A stretch of 64,000 nt of DNA from a virus: IMG/VR virus record IMGVR_UViG_3300046535_000869, positions 1-64,000 of that record. The stretch is one strand, 5' to 3'. Each line of letters opens with the position of its first letter. Positions within the stretch are counted from its first letter, which is position 1. Under the pieces are notes generated by a model, which was not told the DNA's origin, made no database searches, and worked only from the letters and a program-made list of their open reading frames with translations. This document shows, in pieces, positions 35,767 to 46,588 of the stretch. The position numbers and the translations under genes are program-made.

Positions 35767-38700
35767 TTAGTCCAGGAGGGACAGGTCGCCGCCCGCCAGG
35801 AGGATCTTGTCCTCCAGCTCCCGCCGCTGCCGGTGAACCAGGAGGATGTCCAGCGTCCTGGCCCGGCCCGCCGCCAGGGAGCCGCCCTTCCCGACCGAGG
35901 CCCAGCTTCGCGACGCCTTCGCCTGCCCGCCCGCGACGATGCCGCCTTTCGTGGTCACGCTGGCGAACGCGCGCGCGCTGACCGCCTTCCCGGTGCTGGT
36001 CGCCCCGCCGCGCCCGATGATCGCGAAGGACCAGGACATCGACGTCGGAGCCGACCCAGCCGAGACGCCGCCGCCCGATCCGACGTAGCCGTAGGTTACC
36101 GGCTTGGGCTTCGGCGGGATGGCAAGGTTGCCGCCTTCCCACTCGACGAACGCGCCGCCGATCCAGCGCCCGCGCTCCGGCATGAGCGCGCCGCCGTCGG
36201 TCAGGACGCCCGCTGTCAGGACTTTGGGCTTGCGCCGCGCGTGCCGCCCGAAGGTCGGGTAGCCGTTCCCGGACCCGTACGCGCCGCCGGTCCCGACGTA
36301 GTCGAACTCCACCGAGGATGACGGGCTGGCGCTGACGGAGGACGACGGAGAGACCGAGGCCGACGGCGAGCGCGACGCCGAGGGGCTGACAGACGGCGAG
36401 GCCGAGGCGCTCGGCGACCTGGAAGCGCTGGGCGAGACCGATGGACTCTGTGAGGCGCTGGGCGACCGGGACGGCGACGCCGACGCGCTGGCGCTACTCG
36501 ACGGGCTGACCGACGGACTGACCGAGGCGGACGGCGACTTCGACGCGGACGGGCTGACCGAGGGACTGGCGCTCGCCGACGGCGACGTGCTGGCCGAGGG
36601 GCTAACGCTGGGACTCGCGCTCGCGGACGGTGACCGGGAGGCGCTCGGCGAGACTGACGGACTCTGGCTGGCCGAGGGAGAGACCGACGCCGAAGGACTG
36701 ACAGACGCGCTCGCGCTCGCGGACGGCGAGACGCTGGCCGACGGCGACACGGACGGCGACTGGCTCGCGGACGGCGATGTGCTCGCCGAGGGAGAGACGC
36801 TCGGACTGGCGCTGGCGCTCGGCGACCTGGAGGCGGACGGGCTGACGCTAGGCGACGCCGACGCCGACGGTGAAATGCTCGGTGAGCCAGCCGACGGCGA
36901 CAGGGAACTCGACGGCGACAGGGAGCTGCTCGGAGAGACCGAGGCCGAAGCACTCGATGACGGGCTGACGCTGGCCGACGGAGAGACGGAGGCTGACGGG
37001 CTGACCGACGGCGATTGGCTCGCGGACGGACTGACCGACGGCGACTGCGAGGCTGAGGGGCTGACCGACGCGCTGGGCGAGACAGAGGCCGACGGCGACA
37101 CGGACGCGCTCGGCGAGACGCTGGCGCTGGGCGAGACGCTGGCTGACGGCGAGACCGAGGGACTGGCCGATGCGGACGGCGAGACCGAGGGACTCTCAGA
37201 CGCCGACGGGCTGACACTGGCGCTCGGACTGACCGAGGCCGATGGACTCACGGAAGCCGACGCGCTCGCGCTGGGACTGACACTCGCAGACGGCGAGATG
37301 CTCGGCGACTGGCTGGCCGACGGGCTAACCGAGGCCGATGGAGAGACGCTTGGCGACTCTGACGCGGACGGAGAAACCGAAGCACTCGGCGAGACCGAGG
37401 GGCTGGCGCTCGCGCTCGGACTGACCGACGCAGACGGCGACACGCTCGGCGACGCCGATGCGGACGGCGACACGGAGGCCGACGGGCTGACACTCGCCGA
37501 CGGACTGATGCTGGGCGACGCGCTCGCACTCGGCGACACGCTGGCCGATGGCGAGACCGACGGTGATTGCGAGGCGCTCGGTGAGACGCTGGCCGAAGGA
37601 CTGACCGACGCGCTCGGACTGACCGACGGAGACGCCGAGGCGCTGGGCGAGACGCTCGCGCTGGGGCTGACCGATGGACTCTGCGATGCGCTCGGCGAAA
37701 CCGACGCCGACGGAGAGACAGACGCAGAAGGCGAGACACTCGCGCTGGCCGAGGCCGACGGCGAGACGCTCGCGCTCGGCGAGACCGACGGCGACTGTGA
37801 CGCCGACGGGCTAACGCTCGCCGAAGGACTGACGCTCGGACTCTGACTGGCCGAGGGTGAGACGCTCGCGCTGGGCGACACGCTCGCGCTCGGACTGACC
37901 GACGGACTCGCTGACGCGCTCGGACTGACGCTCGGCGATTGTGAAGCAGACGGAGAGACCGACGCCGAGGGGCTAATGCTGGCGCTCGGCGAAATCGACG
38001 GAGACTGACTCGCGCTCGGCGAGACGCTTGGACTCTGCGATGCTGACGGGCTAACCGATGCGCTTGGCGAGACGCTCGCTGATGGCGAGACCGATGGCGA
38101 CGCCGACGCCGACGGCGAGACAGACGCGCTGGGGCTAACACTGGGTGACTGTGACGCGGACGGCGAGACGCTCGCGCTCGGAGACTTCGAGGCGCTGGGC
38201 GACACGCTCGGCGATTGCGAGGCAGACGGAGAGACCGACGGCGACTGACTCGCCGAGGGACTAACCGACGCCGACGGCGACACAGAAGCAGACGGACTGA
38301 CCGACGCCGACGGCGAGACCGACGGACTCGATGAGGCTGACGGGCTAACGCTCGGCGACTGCGAGGCTGAGGGGCTGACCGACGCGCTGGGCGAGACGCT
38401 GGCGCTGGGGCTGACAGACGGCGACGCCGACGCCGAGGGACTGACGCTCGCCGACGGCGAGATGCTGGGCGACTGTGAGGCCGATGGCGACACGCTGGCG
38501 GACGGCGACTTCGACGCCGACGGCGAGACAGACGGACTCTGTGACGCTGATGGACTAACGCTGGCCGACGGGCTGACGCTCGGCGACTGACTCGCGCTGG
38601 GGCTGACACTCGCGCTGGGCGACACGCTCGGAGAGGCCGACGCCGACGGCGAGACCGACGCAGACGGGCTAACCGATGGAGAGGCGCTCGCGCTTGGCGA

Positions 38701-39996
38701 GACGCTCGCCGACGGACTGATGCTCGGAGAAGCGCTGGCGCTTGGCGACTTCGACGCTGAAGGCGAGACCGACGGCGACGCGCTCGCTGAGGGAGAGACC
38801 GACGCGGACGGGCTGACAGAGGCACTCGCTGACGCCGACGGAGAGACGCTCGGCGACTCGGCCTTGTTGAACGCCGTGACCTCGGTCGTGTTCAGGATCG
38901 CGACAGCCGCCTGCACGTCCACCGTCTCGATGGCGTGGCTGAGCGACGCCGACGGACTCACGCTCGCCGACGGTGACTTCGAGGCGCTCGGACTGACGCT
39001 CGCGCTGGGCGACTTCGACGGCGACGATGACGCCGACGGCGAGACGCTTGGACTCTGCGAGGCGGACGGTGAGACGGACGCGCTCGGCGAAACGCTGGCG
39101 CTTGGAGACTTCGAGGCCGACGGGCTGACGCTCGCACTCGGAGAGACACTCGGACTTTGTGAGGCCGATGGGCTGACAGATGGCGACTGGCTGGCGCTGG
39201 GGCTGACCGACGCGCTTGGACTGACGCTCGCCGAAGGGCTGACCGACGCTGAAGGCGAGACCGACGCCGACGGCGATAGCGACGATGACCCGGTACTGCT
39301 CTCGACCAGCGCGACGAAGATGTGGTTCGAGTCGCCAGTGATCGCCGTGACCGACGGGTTGCTCGTTTCCCCGGTCGACGTGTTGATCCTGAACTCCGAC
39401 CAGCAGCTCACCGCGTTCGCGTTGTTCCTCGACCGCGTCGTCGCGCCAGTCGTGAAGTTGGTCGAGACCGTCAGCGCGGTGCCGCTGCCGTTGGCTTCCT
39501 TGCCCAGCGCCGAGAAGTACAGGCGTGAGAGACTCGCCAAGCTGCTGAAGGCCGTCGAGCCGAAGCCCGCGTTCGCCGCGATGTTGTTGAACTGACTGGT
39601 CGCGCCATGCACCAGCGAGCTGCCCGCCGCGACCGTGAACTTCCAGCCGACCATGACCTTGTCGGAGCTGGACGGAGCAACCGTCGCCGTGAAGACCGTG
39701 CCGATGGCGTTCGTGCCAGACGAGACGAACCGCCAGAGCGACGTGCAGACGCCGTCCGAGGCCGCGCCGGTCGGGCTGTAGGTGTACTCCTCCAGCTTCG
39801 TCCATGTCCCGGTGCCGCCAGTGATGGACGTGTGGTCGTTCGTCGTGCCGGTCGTGGTCGAGTTGTTGTCGGTGGTGATGACGACGAGCGCGATGTCGCC
39901 TGACGCCGACAGGGCGTTCGTCGTCGTGGTCAGCGTGATCGCCGTCGCGCCGCTGACGCCGTTGACGCCGAGTGTGCCGACGGAGGTGATCGCCAT
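35767..39996 (-). CDS. Mucin/SRRP-like Ser-Pro repeat protein (putative glycosylated virion fibre)
   Basis: 1409 aa: ~230-aa beta-rich N-domain, ~1000 aa SPSAS(V/Q/A/K/R)/SPSV repeats, Gly-rich C-domain; no signal peptide. Confidence 0.85.
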   Translation of the reverse strand: MAITSVGTLGVNGVSGATAITLTTTTNALSASGDIALVVITTDNNSTTTGTTNDHTSITGGTGTWTKLEEYTYSPTGAASDGVCTSLWRFVSSGTNAIGTVFTATVAPSSSDKVMVGWKFTVAAGSSLVHGATSQFNNIAANAGFGSTAFSSLASLSRLYFSALGKEANGSGTALTVSTNFTTGATTRSRNNANAVSCWSEFRINTSTGETSNPSVTAITGDSNHIFVALVESSTGSSSLSPSASVSPSASVSPSASVSPSASVSPSASQSPSVSPSASQSPSVSPSASVSPSASKSPSASVSPSASVSPSASQSPSVSPSASSSPSKSPSASVSPSASKSPSASVSPSASLSHAIETVDVQAAVAILNTTEVTAFNKAESPSVSPSASASASVSPSASVSPSASASPSVSPSASKSPSASASPSISPSASVSPSASASPSVSPSASVSPSASASPSVSPSASVSPSASQSPSVSPSASVSPSASQSPSVSPSASKSPSASVSPSASQSPSISPSASVSPSASASPSVSPSASVSPSASVSPSASQSPSVSPSASSSPSVSPSASVSPSASVSPSASVSPSASQSPSVSPSASQSPSVSPSASKSPSASVSPSASQSPSVSPSASVSPSASASPSVSPSASVSPSASVSPSASQSPSVSPSASQSPSISPSASISPSASVSPSASQSPSVSPSASASPSVSPSASVSPSASVSPSASQSPSVSPSASVSPSASQSPSVSPSASVSPSASASASVSPSASVSPSASVSPSASQSPSVSPSASVSPSASASPSVSPSASVSPSASVSPSASQSPSVSPSASVSPSASASPSISPSASVSPSASVSPSASASPSVSPSASVSPSASASPSVSPSASVSPSASESPSVSPSASVSPSASQSPSISPSASVSPSASASASVSPSASVSPSASVSPSASESPSVSPSASASPSVSPSASVSPSASVSPSASVSPSASVSPSASVSPSASQSPSVSPSASQSPSVSPSASVSPSASVSPSSSASASVSPSSSLSPSSSLSPSAGSPSISPSASASPSVSPSASRSPSASASPSVSPSASTSPSASQSPSVSPSASVSPSASASASVSPSASVSPSASQSPSVSPSASRSPSASASPSVSPSASTSPSASASPSVSPSASKSPSASVSPSVSPSSSASASASPSRSPSASQSPSVSPSASRSPSASASPSVSPSASRSPSASVSPSSSVSASPSSSVEFDYVGTGGAYGSGNGYPTFGRHARRKPKVLTAGVLTDGGALMPERGRWIGGAFVEWEGGNLAIPPKPKPVTYGYVGSGGGVSAGSAPTSMSWSFAIIGRGGATSTGKAVSARAFASVTTKGGIVAGGQAKASRSWASVGKGGSLAAGRARTLDILLVHRQRRELEDKILLAGGDLSLLD
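36311..39290 (-). repeat. Coding tandem repeat ([10 protein letters not shown] units)
   Basis: 12/18/30-nt periodicity with heavy synonymous variation. Confidence 0.95.
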
Positions 39997-39999
39997 CGG

Positions 40000-41787
40000 C
40001 TAGAACTGCTTGATGGCGATGCCTGACGGGAAGTCGACCTCAACGTCCGCGCCGGTCGTGACCAGCGTGAACGGGAAGAACGCGACCGGGACCGACTGCG
40101 TGTCGTCAGCGCTCACGTCCCGGTAGAGCACCATGCCGCCCAGCGTCTGCGCCGTCGTGACCGCCGGGAAGACCGGCGACGTGGCCGACAGCGTCGCGAG
40201 ATCGTTCGTGTCGTCCTCCGCGACGGAACGCCCGGCCATCGTCTGCCGCGTCACGCCTGCCGCCTCCTTGCTCGTCACGTCGCCCGCGCTGCCGTCGTCG
40301 AGCGTCTGAAGATCCGGGTCGAAGACGTACGTCGACAGGACCAGCGTCATCTTGAGTGTCGACGTGTCGAGGTCGAGCGTGCCGATGAGTAGCTCCTTCT
40401 TCGCCCGGTTGTAGAGGTACTGCGCGCTCGCGCCTGCCGGTTGGATCGGCCCAATCCATGCGTAGTTCGTGGCCGCGCCAAGCGTCGGCGGATTTGCCGC
40501 GCCCTTGAGGAGCGTGTTCGTCGGCGTGTAGTCTCCTGTCTCTCCAGTCGCACTCACGTACTGCGGGTCAACGGCGAGATCGTGTGCTCCGGCGCTGATC
40601 GCGCTATATCCGCCAGCCGTGTTGTTGTAGACGTTGTTGAAGTCCATCAAGTGTCCGCCATAGCGGTCATTCGTCGCTGTCGTTCCACCTGAAAGCAGGA
40701 GTCCGTACCCACCATTGTTCGTCAAATTGTTGTTGTTGACGATTGTTCCAGCAGCGGTTTGGACAGACAAAGCTGTATCAGCACAACTGTCGATGACGTT
40801 CCCTGTGATTATCGAGTTAAGCGCAATATCAGAACCTGACCCGGAGTGATCGTGGATAGCTGGCGAGGCTGCGCGACAACGGGTGATGACGTTACTGATG
40901 AACGCGCACCCTTTTGATGTGTCAAAGACAGGCCCACGATAGTTGTCGATGATGTTGCCGACTAACCGAGTAAAATAGAGACCTCCATACAGCGCGTAGT
41001 AGGTTCCGGCTGAAGTGCTTCCAGAATTACGGATGATGTTGTCTGTGAAGGAGACGATTCCAGCTACAAACGTCCCATCGAACCCGTTCTGGTCATAGAT
41101 GCAGCTATCAACGGAAGCGCCGCCGTTCCCTTGGATGAAGCCGTTGTCGGTAAGAAAATTCGTCCCGGTCGGGACCATCTTGAGTTCGCGGAAGATCCAG
41201 CCATTGGCCTGATAGAACATCAACCCATTACAGGTCAGGTAAGGACGCCCGTTGTAGCCGAGTACGGTAATCGGTGCCTCTAATGTTGACCCCAGTAGTT
41301 GGTTGTACCCCGTCTGTGCGACATCAGGCGTACTACCGAGGGCAGGATCGGTACTGCCTCCTGCCGCTCGGACGTTGACGATGTTACCAGCGATGAGAGG
41401 AGAGGCGAGCAGGGGAGCCGTGATCGTTCCGCCGATGGACACATTTCTGAAGTCGGCCCACGCGCCGCCGATGCGCGCCGACTGGCCGGTTCCGGTCCCG
41501 GTGTTTCGGTCGACGCCGATGGTGTTCGTGTTCGTGCGGCTGGTGATGACGTAGTAGCCGTCGCCAGCGATCCGAATCACGTTCCCGATCATCTGCGACG
41601 TGAAGCCGCCAGTGACGGACGTGACCGCGCCGGTCCCGACCGTGACGACGTCCGTCAGGCTGAGTTGTGGACTCGCCTGATCGGAGTAGTTCGTCCCGGC
41701 CCCGCTGATCGTGGAGTCGAAGCCTCCACCGTTCAGCTCGTCACCGTCGACGCGAATCCACCACTGTTGTGAGGCGAGGATCGACAT
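40000..41787 (-). CDS. Beta-helix-containing structural protein
   Basis: PbH1-like Asn-rich repeats (ITGNVID, IVNNNNLTNNGGYG, DFNNVYNN, VDPQY); C-terminal phage structural domain (LYNRAKKELL...LKMTLV). Confidence 0.7.
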   Translation of the reverse strand: MSILASQQWWIRVDGDELNGGGFDSTISGAGTNYSDQASPQLSLTDVVTVGTGAVTSVTGGFTSQMIGNVIRIAGDGYYVITSRTNTNTIGVDRNTGTGTGQSARIGGAWADFRNVSIGGTITAPLLASPLIAGNIVNVRAAGGSTDPALGSTPDVAQTGYNQLLGSTLEAPITVLGYNGRPYLTCNGLMFYQANGWIFRELKMVPTGTNFLTDNGFIQGNGGASVDSCIYDQNGFDGTFVAGIVSFTDNIIRNSGSTSAGTYYALYGGLYFTRLVGNIIDNYRGPVFDTSKGCAFISNVITRCRAASPAIHDHSGSGSDIALNSIITGNVIDSCADTALSVQTAAGTIVNNNNLTNNGGYGLLLSGGTTATNDRYGGHLMDFNNVYNNTAGGYSAISAGAHDLAVDPQYVSATGETGDYTPTNTLLKGAANPPTLGAATNYAWIGPIQPAGASAQYLYNRAKKELLIGTLDLDTSTLKMTLVLSTYVFDPDLQTLDDGSAGDVTSKEAAGVTRQTMAGRSVAEDDTNDLATLSATSPVFPAVTTAQTLGGMVLYRDVSADDTQSVPVAFFPFTLVTTGADVEVDFPSGIAIKQF

Positions 41788-41796
41788 GCCCTTCCC

Positions 41797-43902
41797 TTAC
41801 TGCTTGACGAACGCCTGACAGTTGACGCCGGTCGTGTCTGGGCAGAGTCGGAACAGGTTCTGCGGAACGCCGTCAATCGCCTCCTGCTGAAACAGGCCCG
41901 GCAGCGTCGTGAAGGTGATGACCGGCGGAGGCGGAGGCGGAGGCGCGGTCCCGCCGTTCAGTGGAGACGTCCCGGTCCCATCCCAGAGCACGTCATCGTA
42001 GAGCTTCATCACGAACCGGCGAGGATGCGACCCGTACGGCAGAAACGTCACGCGAGCGAAAGCGGTGTTCGGAGGGAGCGTGATGGTCGGCGTCTCGACG
42101 TAGATATCGAAGAACACGCCGACGGCCCCTTGGACGATAGAATCGGAGACGAGATAGTCGCTATTCGGCACGCCCCAGAGCGCCGTCGTGCAGCCGGACA
42201 GGTACGCGCCTGTGATCTTAATCGGATGCACGTAGCCAGTCGTGATGTCGACACAGCGGCTTCCGTAGTACCGGTCGATGTAGCCCAGCGGCGCGCCATT
42301 ACCGAGGCTGCTCTGCTGGATCACTACAGGGTTACGGAACCAGCCTTCGTTGACGTCTTCCGCCTGACGTGCGCCGATGCCGATGAAGTCGTTGATGCTC
42401 CGCACGTTGTCGAGGACCGGGAGGTGGGCCTCGTCGAAGAAGCGGCCCGGATCTTCAATGCCCCACGTCTCGAAGCCGACGAATCCGTTGCCGACGCTGA
42501 GCGCATGGTCGACCAGTATCGGCGGGTTGTTGTTGGTGTAGGGAGGCGCGAACAGCACGTCCGGCATCGCCCCAGCGACCGACGGATACAGCCCGGACTT
42601 TCCATGAAAGCCGAACAGGTTCCAGCCGACCGTGTTGTTCCAGCATTCGTTCCCGTCGAAGGTGTTCTGGATGCCGTGAAACCAGCCGCACGCGCCCTCG
42701 ACGCCGGGTTTATTGTTCAGGAAGTTGACGCCCGCCTGAATCTCCGACACGTCGGAGAAGTTCGTGAGGTTGGCGAAGCCGATGTTTCTCAGGAAGCTGT
42801 TCCTGACTTCGTAGCCGTCCTCTGTGATGAAGCCCGCGCCTTGGAAGCCGGTCGCGATGTTCTCGACGACGAGCGTGTCCGAGGTGCCGTGCGTGACGTG
42901 GCCCCACTTCCCGCGCCCCTGCCCGATGAGGACCATGTCGACCGTCCGACGCTCGACCGCGCAGCCACCGCCGTGAACATGGTGCGCGTGAAAGGCGTAC
43001 TTCCCGATCTGGTTCGTCCCGATGTGCGATTGGTCCGCCGATGTCGAGTTGAGGTCGTCGACCGTTGTTCGACCGAGGCCGACGAGCGCGCCGCCTTGGA
43101 TGTCCCAGCAGGCCGTATCGCCGATATTGGCGACGTGACCGGCGGTCCCGTTCGCGTTCTCTGACCGGATGACGACGTTGCGCGTGACGTTGAGGATCTT
43201 CGGCCGGATGGCGAGCCGCCCATCGTGCGCGAAGACCGCCGCGTGCGCGAACGACAAACCGCGCGACAGGCCGATGCTCGTCCCGTTGACCGACGTGATG
43301 AACGTGGCAGGCTCGACGATGGGCGAGTCCGGGAAGACCGCCGGGTTCGTGCTGAGCAGCTTGACCTCGTCGCCGACGCGCCATCCGCTCGGCACGCCGC
43401 AGAGGGTGATGAACGAGCTGCCGGGCTGCGCGTCGAAGCACAAGTCCGCGCCCGGCGTCCGGTACGGTTCGTTGATCTTGATGGTGCCGAAGCTGGCGAT
43501 GCCGTTGCCCCACTGGAACGGATCTTGCCCAAGGTCAATCGGCACGTTGCGAATCTGGAGGTCGACGCGCACGCCAGCCGGAATCGGGTCGGCTGGTGTG
43601 CCGAGGTCGAGCGTCCCGCCCGGCAGGATGAGCAGCGTCGTGACCTTCGCTGAGGTATTCGCCGACCGGCTGACCTTCAGCGTCCCGCCGACCTCGATGT
43701 AGTCGAAGACACTGCCGTCCGGGAGCGTGACCGTCTGTCCGGCCGCGACGATGAGCTGCGCCGGGAGGTCGGTGCGCCGCTTGACGAACTCCGACGCGCC
43801 GATGGTGACGCGGTCCGGCTGGACTGTCGCCATGATCATCTGGGCTGAGGCCGTCGAGGCGATGAACAGCGACGCAAGCAGGAAGCGGAATGTCTTACGC
43901 AT
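41797..43902 (-). CDS. Signal-peptide-bearing G8-domain/beta-helix protein (TMEM2/CEMIP/fibrocystin-like architecture)
   Basis: MRKTFRFLLASLFIASTASA; GGTLDLGTPADPI, GWRVGDEV, NVTRNVVIRS, GKYAFHAH, HGTS, FITEDGYE. Confidence 0.8.
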   Translation of the reverse strand: MRKTFRFLLASLFIASTASAQMIMATVQPDRVTIGASEFVKRRTDLPAQLIVAAGQTVTLPDGSVFDYIEVGGTLKVSRSANTSAKVTTLLILPGGTLDLGTPADPIPAGVRVDLQIRNVPIDLGQDPFQWGNGIASFGTIKINEPYRTPGADLCFDAQPGSSFITLCGVPSGWRVGDEVKLLSTNPAVFPDSPIVEPATFITSVNGTSIGLSRGLSFAHAAVFAHDGRLAIRPKILNVTRNVVIRSENANGTAGHVANIGDTACWDIQGGALVGLGRTTVDDLNSTSADQSHIGTNQIGKYAFHAHHVHGGGCAVERRTVDMVLIGQGRGKWGHVTHGTSDTLVVENIATGFQGAGFITEDGYEVRNSFLRNIGFANLTNFSDVSEIQAGVNFLNNKPGVEGACGWFHGIQNTFDGNECWNNTVGWNLFGFHGKSGLYPSVAGAMPDVLFAPPYTNNNPPILVDHALSVGNGFVGFETWGIEDPGRFFDEAHLPVLDNVRSINDFIGIGARQAEDVNEGWFRNPVVIQQSSLGNGAPLGYIDRYYGSRCVDITTGYVHPIKITGAYLSGCTTALWGVPNSDYLVSDSIVQGAVGVFFDIYVETPTITLPPNTAFARVTFLPYGSHPRRFVMKLYDDVLWDGTGTSPLNGGTAPPPPPPPVITFTTLPGLFQQEAIDGVPQNLFRLCPDTTGVNCQAFVKQ

Positions 43903-44611
43903 AAGTGTTCTCCTTGAGGAACTCGTCAAACCGTCCGGCGGTCTGGCCCCAGCCCGGCACGCTGTCGGACTCGGTCCAGCCGTCGGTGTACTTCTGGTTG
44001 CGAAACTCGTCCTTCGACCAGCGCGAAGGCGTCAGGTTCTTGTCGTGTCGGATGTCGATGTTCGGGAGCGCCGACATGCACGCGATGACGTCCAGGTCGT
44101 CGATGCCGCCGTGTCGGATCTTCCGCGTGCCAGGCTCGTAGCCCATACGCTGGGTGAAGCCCTCGCGCTCGACGCGCAGGCAGCGCTGGCGGTAGTGCTC
44201 AGCCAGGAGCAGCCGGTTCGCAAAGAGGCCGCTGGTCTGGTTGCAGAAGTAGAACAGGGCCTTCCCGGAGGCCGCGTCGACCTTCCAGACGTTCTGGTTG
44301 TAGTAGTAGGCGTCGTGACGCCGGACGGACAGGTCGAAGTGGCTGTCGTGATACAGCACGTCGTGCTCGACGAGGAACGCCACGTCGGTGGATATCATCA
44401 GCAGCCCGGCCATGATCTGCTGGAACATCGTGAGCTGGCCAGGCCGCGCGTTCAGGACGACGTTCTTCCAGCCGGTCGGCAGATCGGTCCGCTCCAGCGT
44501 GACCGCGACGATGGGCCGATGGCCGCGCGCCTCGTCGAGCCGACGACGAACCGCCTCCAGGATGGCCGGGTTGCCGCGACCGTGCGAGTAGTACACCAGG
44601 CCGGACGTCAC
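43895..44611 (-). CDS. GT-A-like glycosyltransferase
   Basis: TMFQQIMAGL...VAFLVEHDVLYH (DxD-like), NIDIRH. Confidence 0.65.
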   Translation of the reverse strand: MTSGLVYYSHGRGNPAILEAVRRRLDEARGHRPIVAVTLERTDLPTGWKNVVLNARPGQLTMFQQIMAGLLMISTDVAFLVEHDVLYHDSHFDLSVRRHDAYYYNQNVWKVDAASGKALFYFCNQTSGLFANRLLLAEHYRQRCLRVEREGFTQRMGYEPGTRKIRHGGIDDLDVIACMSALPNIDIRHDKNLTPSRWSKDEFRNQKYTDGWTESDSVPGWGQTAGRFDEFLKENTYA

Positions 44612-45597
44612 GCGACACGCTCCTCGGCTGGGTAGATGAACTCACGGCCCGCCGTGAGCACGGTGTCGAGCGCCGCCTGGCCGACCGGCTCGTGCCAGCC
44701 AGGGATGGGTGCGAACTTCGCAATCAGCCAGGCCAGCGGGAGCCGCTGACCGGCCCAGGCGTTCGTCATCCACAGATGGCGCGAGTAGGCCCGCGCCACG
44801 TCCGGCTGGTTGCCTAGCGGGTATGGGAAGCTGAAGCCGTGCTGGGTCCTGAACAGGTGCGAGTACCAGGTCGACCGGTTGACGACGTGCCGCCCGCCAG
44901 ACAGCCAGCTCTTGCAGGCGATCTCGACGCCGTACTGGCCCCAGCTCCCATGCCGGTTGTCCAGACCGCCGAGCGCGTTGAACCGCGCGCGCTCCATGAA
45001 GAAACACGCCCCTATCGAGGACATCACATCCTGGATCTGGTTGTTATCGCAGCGGGTCTTGTACGCGCCCCAGTACTGGAAGTGGAGGTCGTGGTCGAAC
45101 CGCCAGAAGTCCGTCCGCCGGTTGCCCCGCTTCTGCCAGACCATCACCTTGTCGAAGCCGAGCGTCGACAGGCAGCTCGCGCACTTGTCCAGCGCCGGAC
45201 CCTGGTAGGTCCTGGCCTGGCACGACCGGCACTGCCAGTCGAAGACGTGCAGGTTGAACATCCGAGGAATCTGGGTGACATCCGGGCCGAGCGCCTCCGC
45301 CGCCTCGATGAGCTTCACGTCGAAGCCCTCATCGACGCCGCAATGTGCGTCCAGCTTCATCACATACTTGGCCCGCGACAGCCGAGCGCCCAGGTTGGTC
45401 GCCTCCCGCTGGCCGACCGCCGCGCCAGGCTGCACCACGGTCACGCGAGGATGCGTGTCCAGGGCCTCGACCGGCCAGCCGCCATCGCAGACCGCGATGA
45501 CCTCCGTGGCCGCGCGCGCGTGCGCGAGGATGTCCTCGACCGTGTTCTTGAGGAACGGCTCGTTCCGCGCCGGGATGATGACGCTCAGGTCTAGCAC
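44608..45597 (-). CDS. Polypeptide GalNAc-transferase-like (GT2/GT27-like) glycosyltransferase
   Basis: LSVIIPARNE, MKLDAHC (DxH), GACFFM.R.RF..LGGLD..HGSWGQYGVEIACKSWLSGG...SHLFR; GTG start. Confidence 0.85.
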   Translation of the reverse strand: MLDLSVIIPARNEPFLKNTVEDILAHARAATEVIAVCDGGWPVEALDTHPRVTVVQPGAAVGQREATNLGARLSRAKYVMKLDAHCGVDEGFDVKLIEAAEALGPDVTQIPRMFNLHVFDWQCRSCQARTYQGPALDKCASCLSTLGFDKVMVWQKRGNRRTDFWRFDHDLHFQYWGAYKTRCDNNQIQDVMSSIGACFFMERARFNALGGLDNRHGSWGQYGVEIACKSWLSGGRHVVNRSTWYSHLFRTQHGFSFPYPLGNQPDVARAYSRHLWMTNAWAGQRLPLAWLIAKFAPIPGWHEPVGQAALDTVLTAGREFIYPAEERVA

Positions 45598-45863
45598 GGC
45601 CCGGCCCCCCGCCAGCTCGCCGAGCACTTCCAGCCGGTGCTGTGCATCCTGAACGCCTCGACGACCAGCGGGCCGATCTTCATCCAGACGAACGTGCGGT
45701 CCCGGTAGTACTCGAACCAGCCCCAGTCTTCCGGCCGAATGTAGATCGGGCCGACCCGAACGTCGACGCATAGCCCGCAGGAGTAGCCCTCGCCGTGGCC
45801 TTGTGGGCAGGTTGATGCCTTCGATGGCATCGTATCGCCGGTTTTTGATGCGTCTCGTAGCAT
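45591..45863 (-). CDS. Hypothetical protein
   Basis: TGATG-coupled ORF, Trp/Cys-rich. Confidence 0.45.
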   Translation of the reverse strand: MLRDASKTGDTMPSKASTCPQGHGEGYSCGLCVDVRVGPIYIRPEDWGWFEYYRDRTFVWMKIGPLVVEAFRMHSTGWKCSASWRGAGPC

Positions 45864-46588
45864 CAGCGTCCCACGTCCAGCGGTCCCGGAGCGTTGACCC
45901 AGAGGAAGGACCGATGCTCGTCCCGCTCGACGCCGACCGCCCCGTCCTTCGCTCCGAGGATGAACCACGGTTTGATGTCGTACGCCCGCGTGAAGGCGTC
46001 GACGACGAGCTGCACATGCAGCCCCGCGCCAGGCTTGCTGCCGTAGTAGTCGTGGCCCGCGATGATGCCGCCGAACCGGACCTTCCGCGACCACTCGACG
46101 ATGTCGTTCGTGACGTTCTGGAAGTTGTGATGCCCGTCGATGTAGACGAAGTCCAGCGACCGGTCCGGCACGCCGCGCACCGCCTCCATGCTCCGGGAGA
46201 CCGCCAGCGCCGCGTACTTGTAGGGAGCCAGCCGCTTGGAGGCCAGCCGGTGATAGTTGTCGAAGACCGTCTGGTTCCGCTTCTGGTCCCGGTAGTCGTC
46301 CCGGAGGTTGTACGGATCGACGCCTGTGTAGTGGAGCTGTGGGTTTGCCGCCAGGAGCACCTCGGCGAACTCGCCCTCCATGACGCCGATCTCGACGCCC
46401 CGGTTGAAGTTGTATCGCCAGAAGAACCTCGCCAGCTCCTTCCGGGTCGATGGGATGACGACCGGGTGCCTGGCGTCCGGCGGACCGTCGCCGTCTCGGC
46501 CCAGCGCCGGGAGGCGGAAGAACTCGGCGAGCTGGTCGAGCGTCTCCGCCTGGGCCGTCGCAGGTCTATTGTCCACTGCTGAGGTCAT
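45863..46588 (-). CDS. Class I SAM methyltransferase (Methyltransf_24-like)
   Basis: GVEIGVMEG, LDFVYIDGHH, GGIIAGHDY. Confidence 0.9.
   Translation of the reverse strand: MTSAVDNRPATAQAETLDQLAEFFRLPALGRDGDGPPDARHPVVIPSTRKELARFFWRYNFNRGVEIGVMEGEFAEVLLAANPQLHYTGVDPYNLRDDYRDQKRNQTVFDNYHRLASKRLAPYKYAALAVSRSMEAVRGVPDRSLDFVYIDGHHNFQNVTNDIVEWSRKVRFGGIIAGHDYYGSKPGAGLHVQLVVDAFTRAYDIKPWFILGAKDGAVGVERDEHRSFLWVNAPGPLDVGR

Noticed and set aside
36311-39290. Possible CRISPR array
   Set aside because: Units are degenerate multiples of 3 nt inside an ORF, with no unique spacers and no cas genes
36587-39595. Long plus-strand ORFs with [12 protein letters not shown] repeats and Arg-rich alternative minus frames
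   Set aside because: Antisense or out-of-frame shadows of the SPSAS repeat; no RBS or operon context
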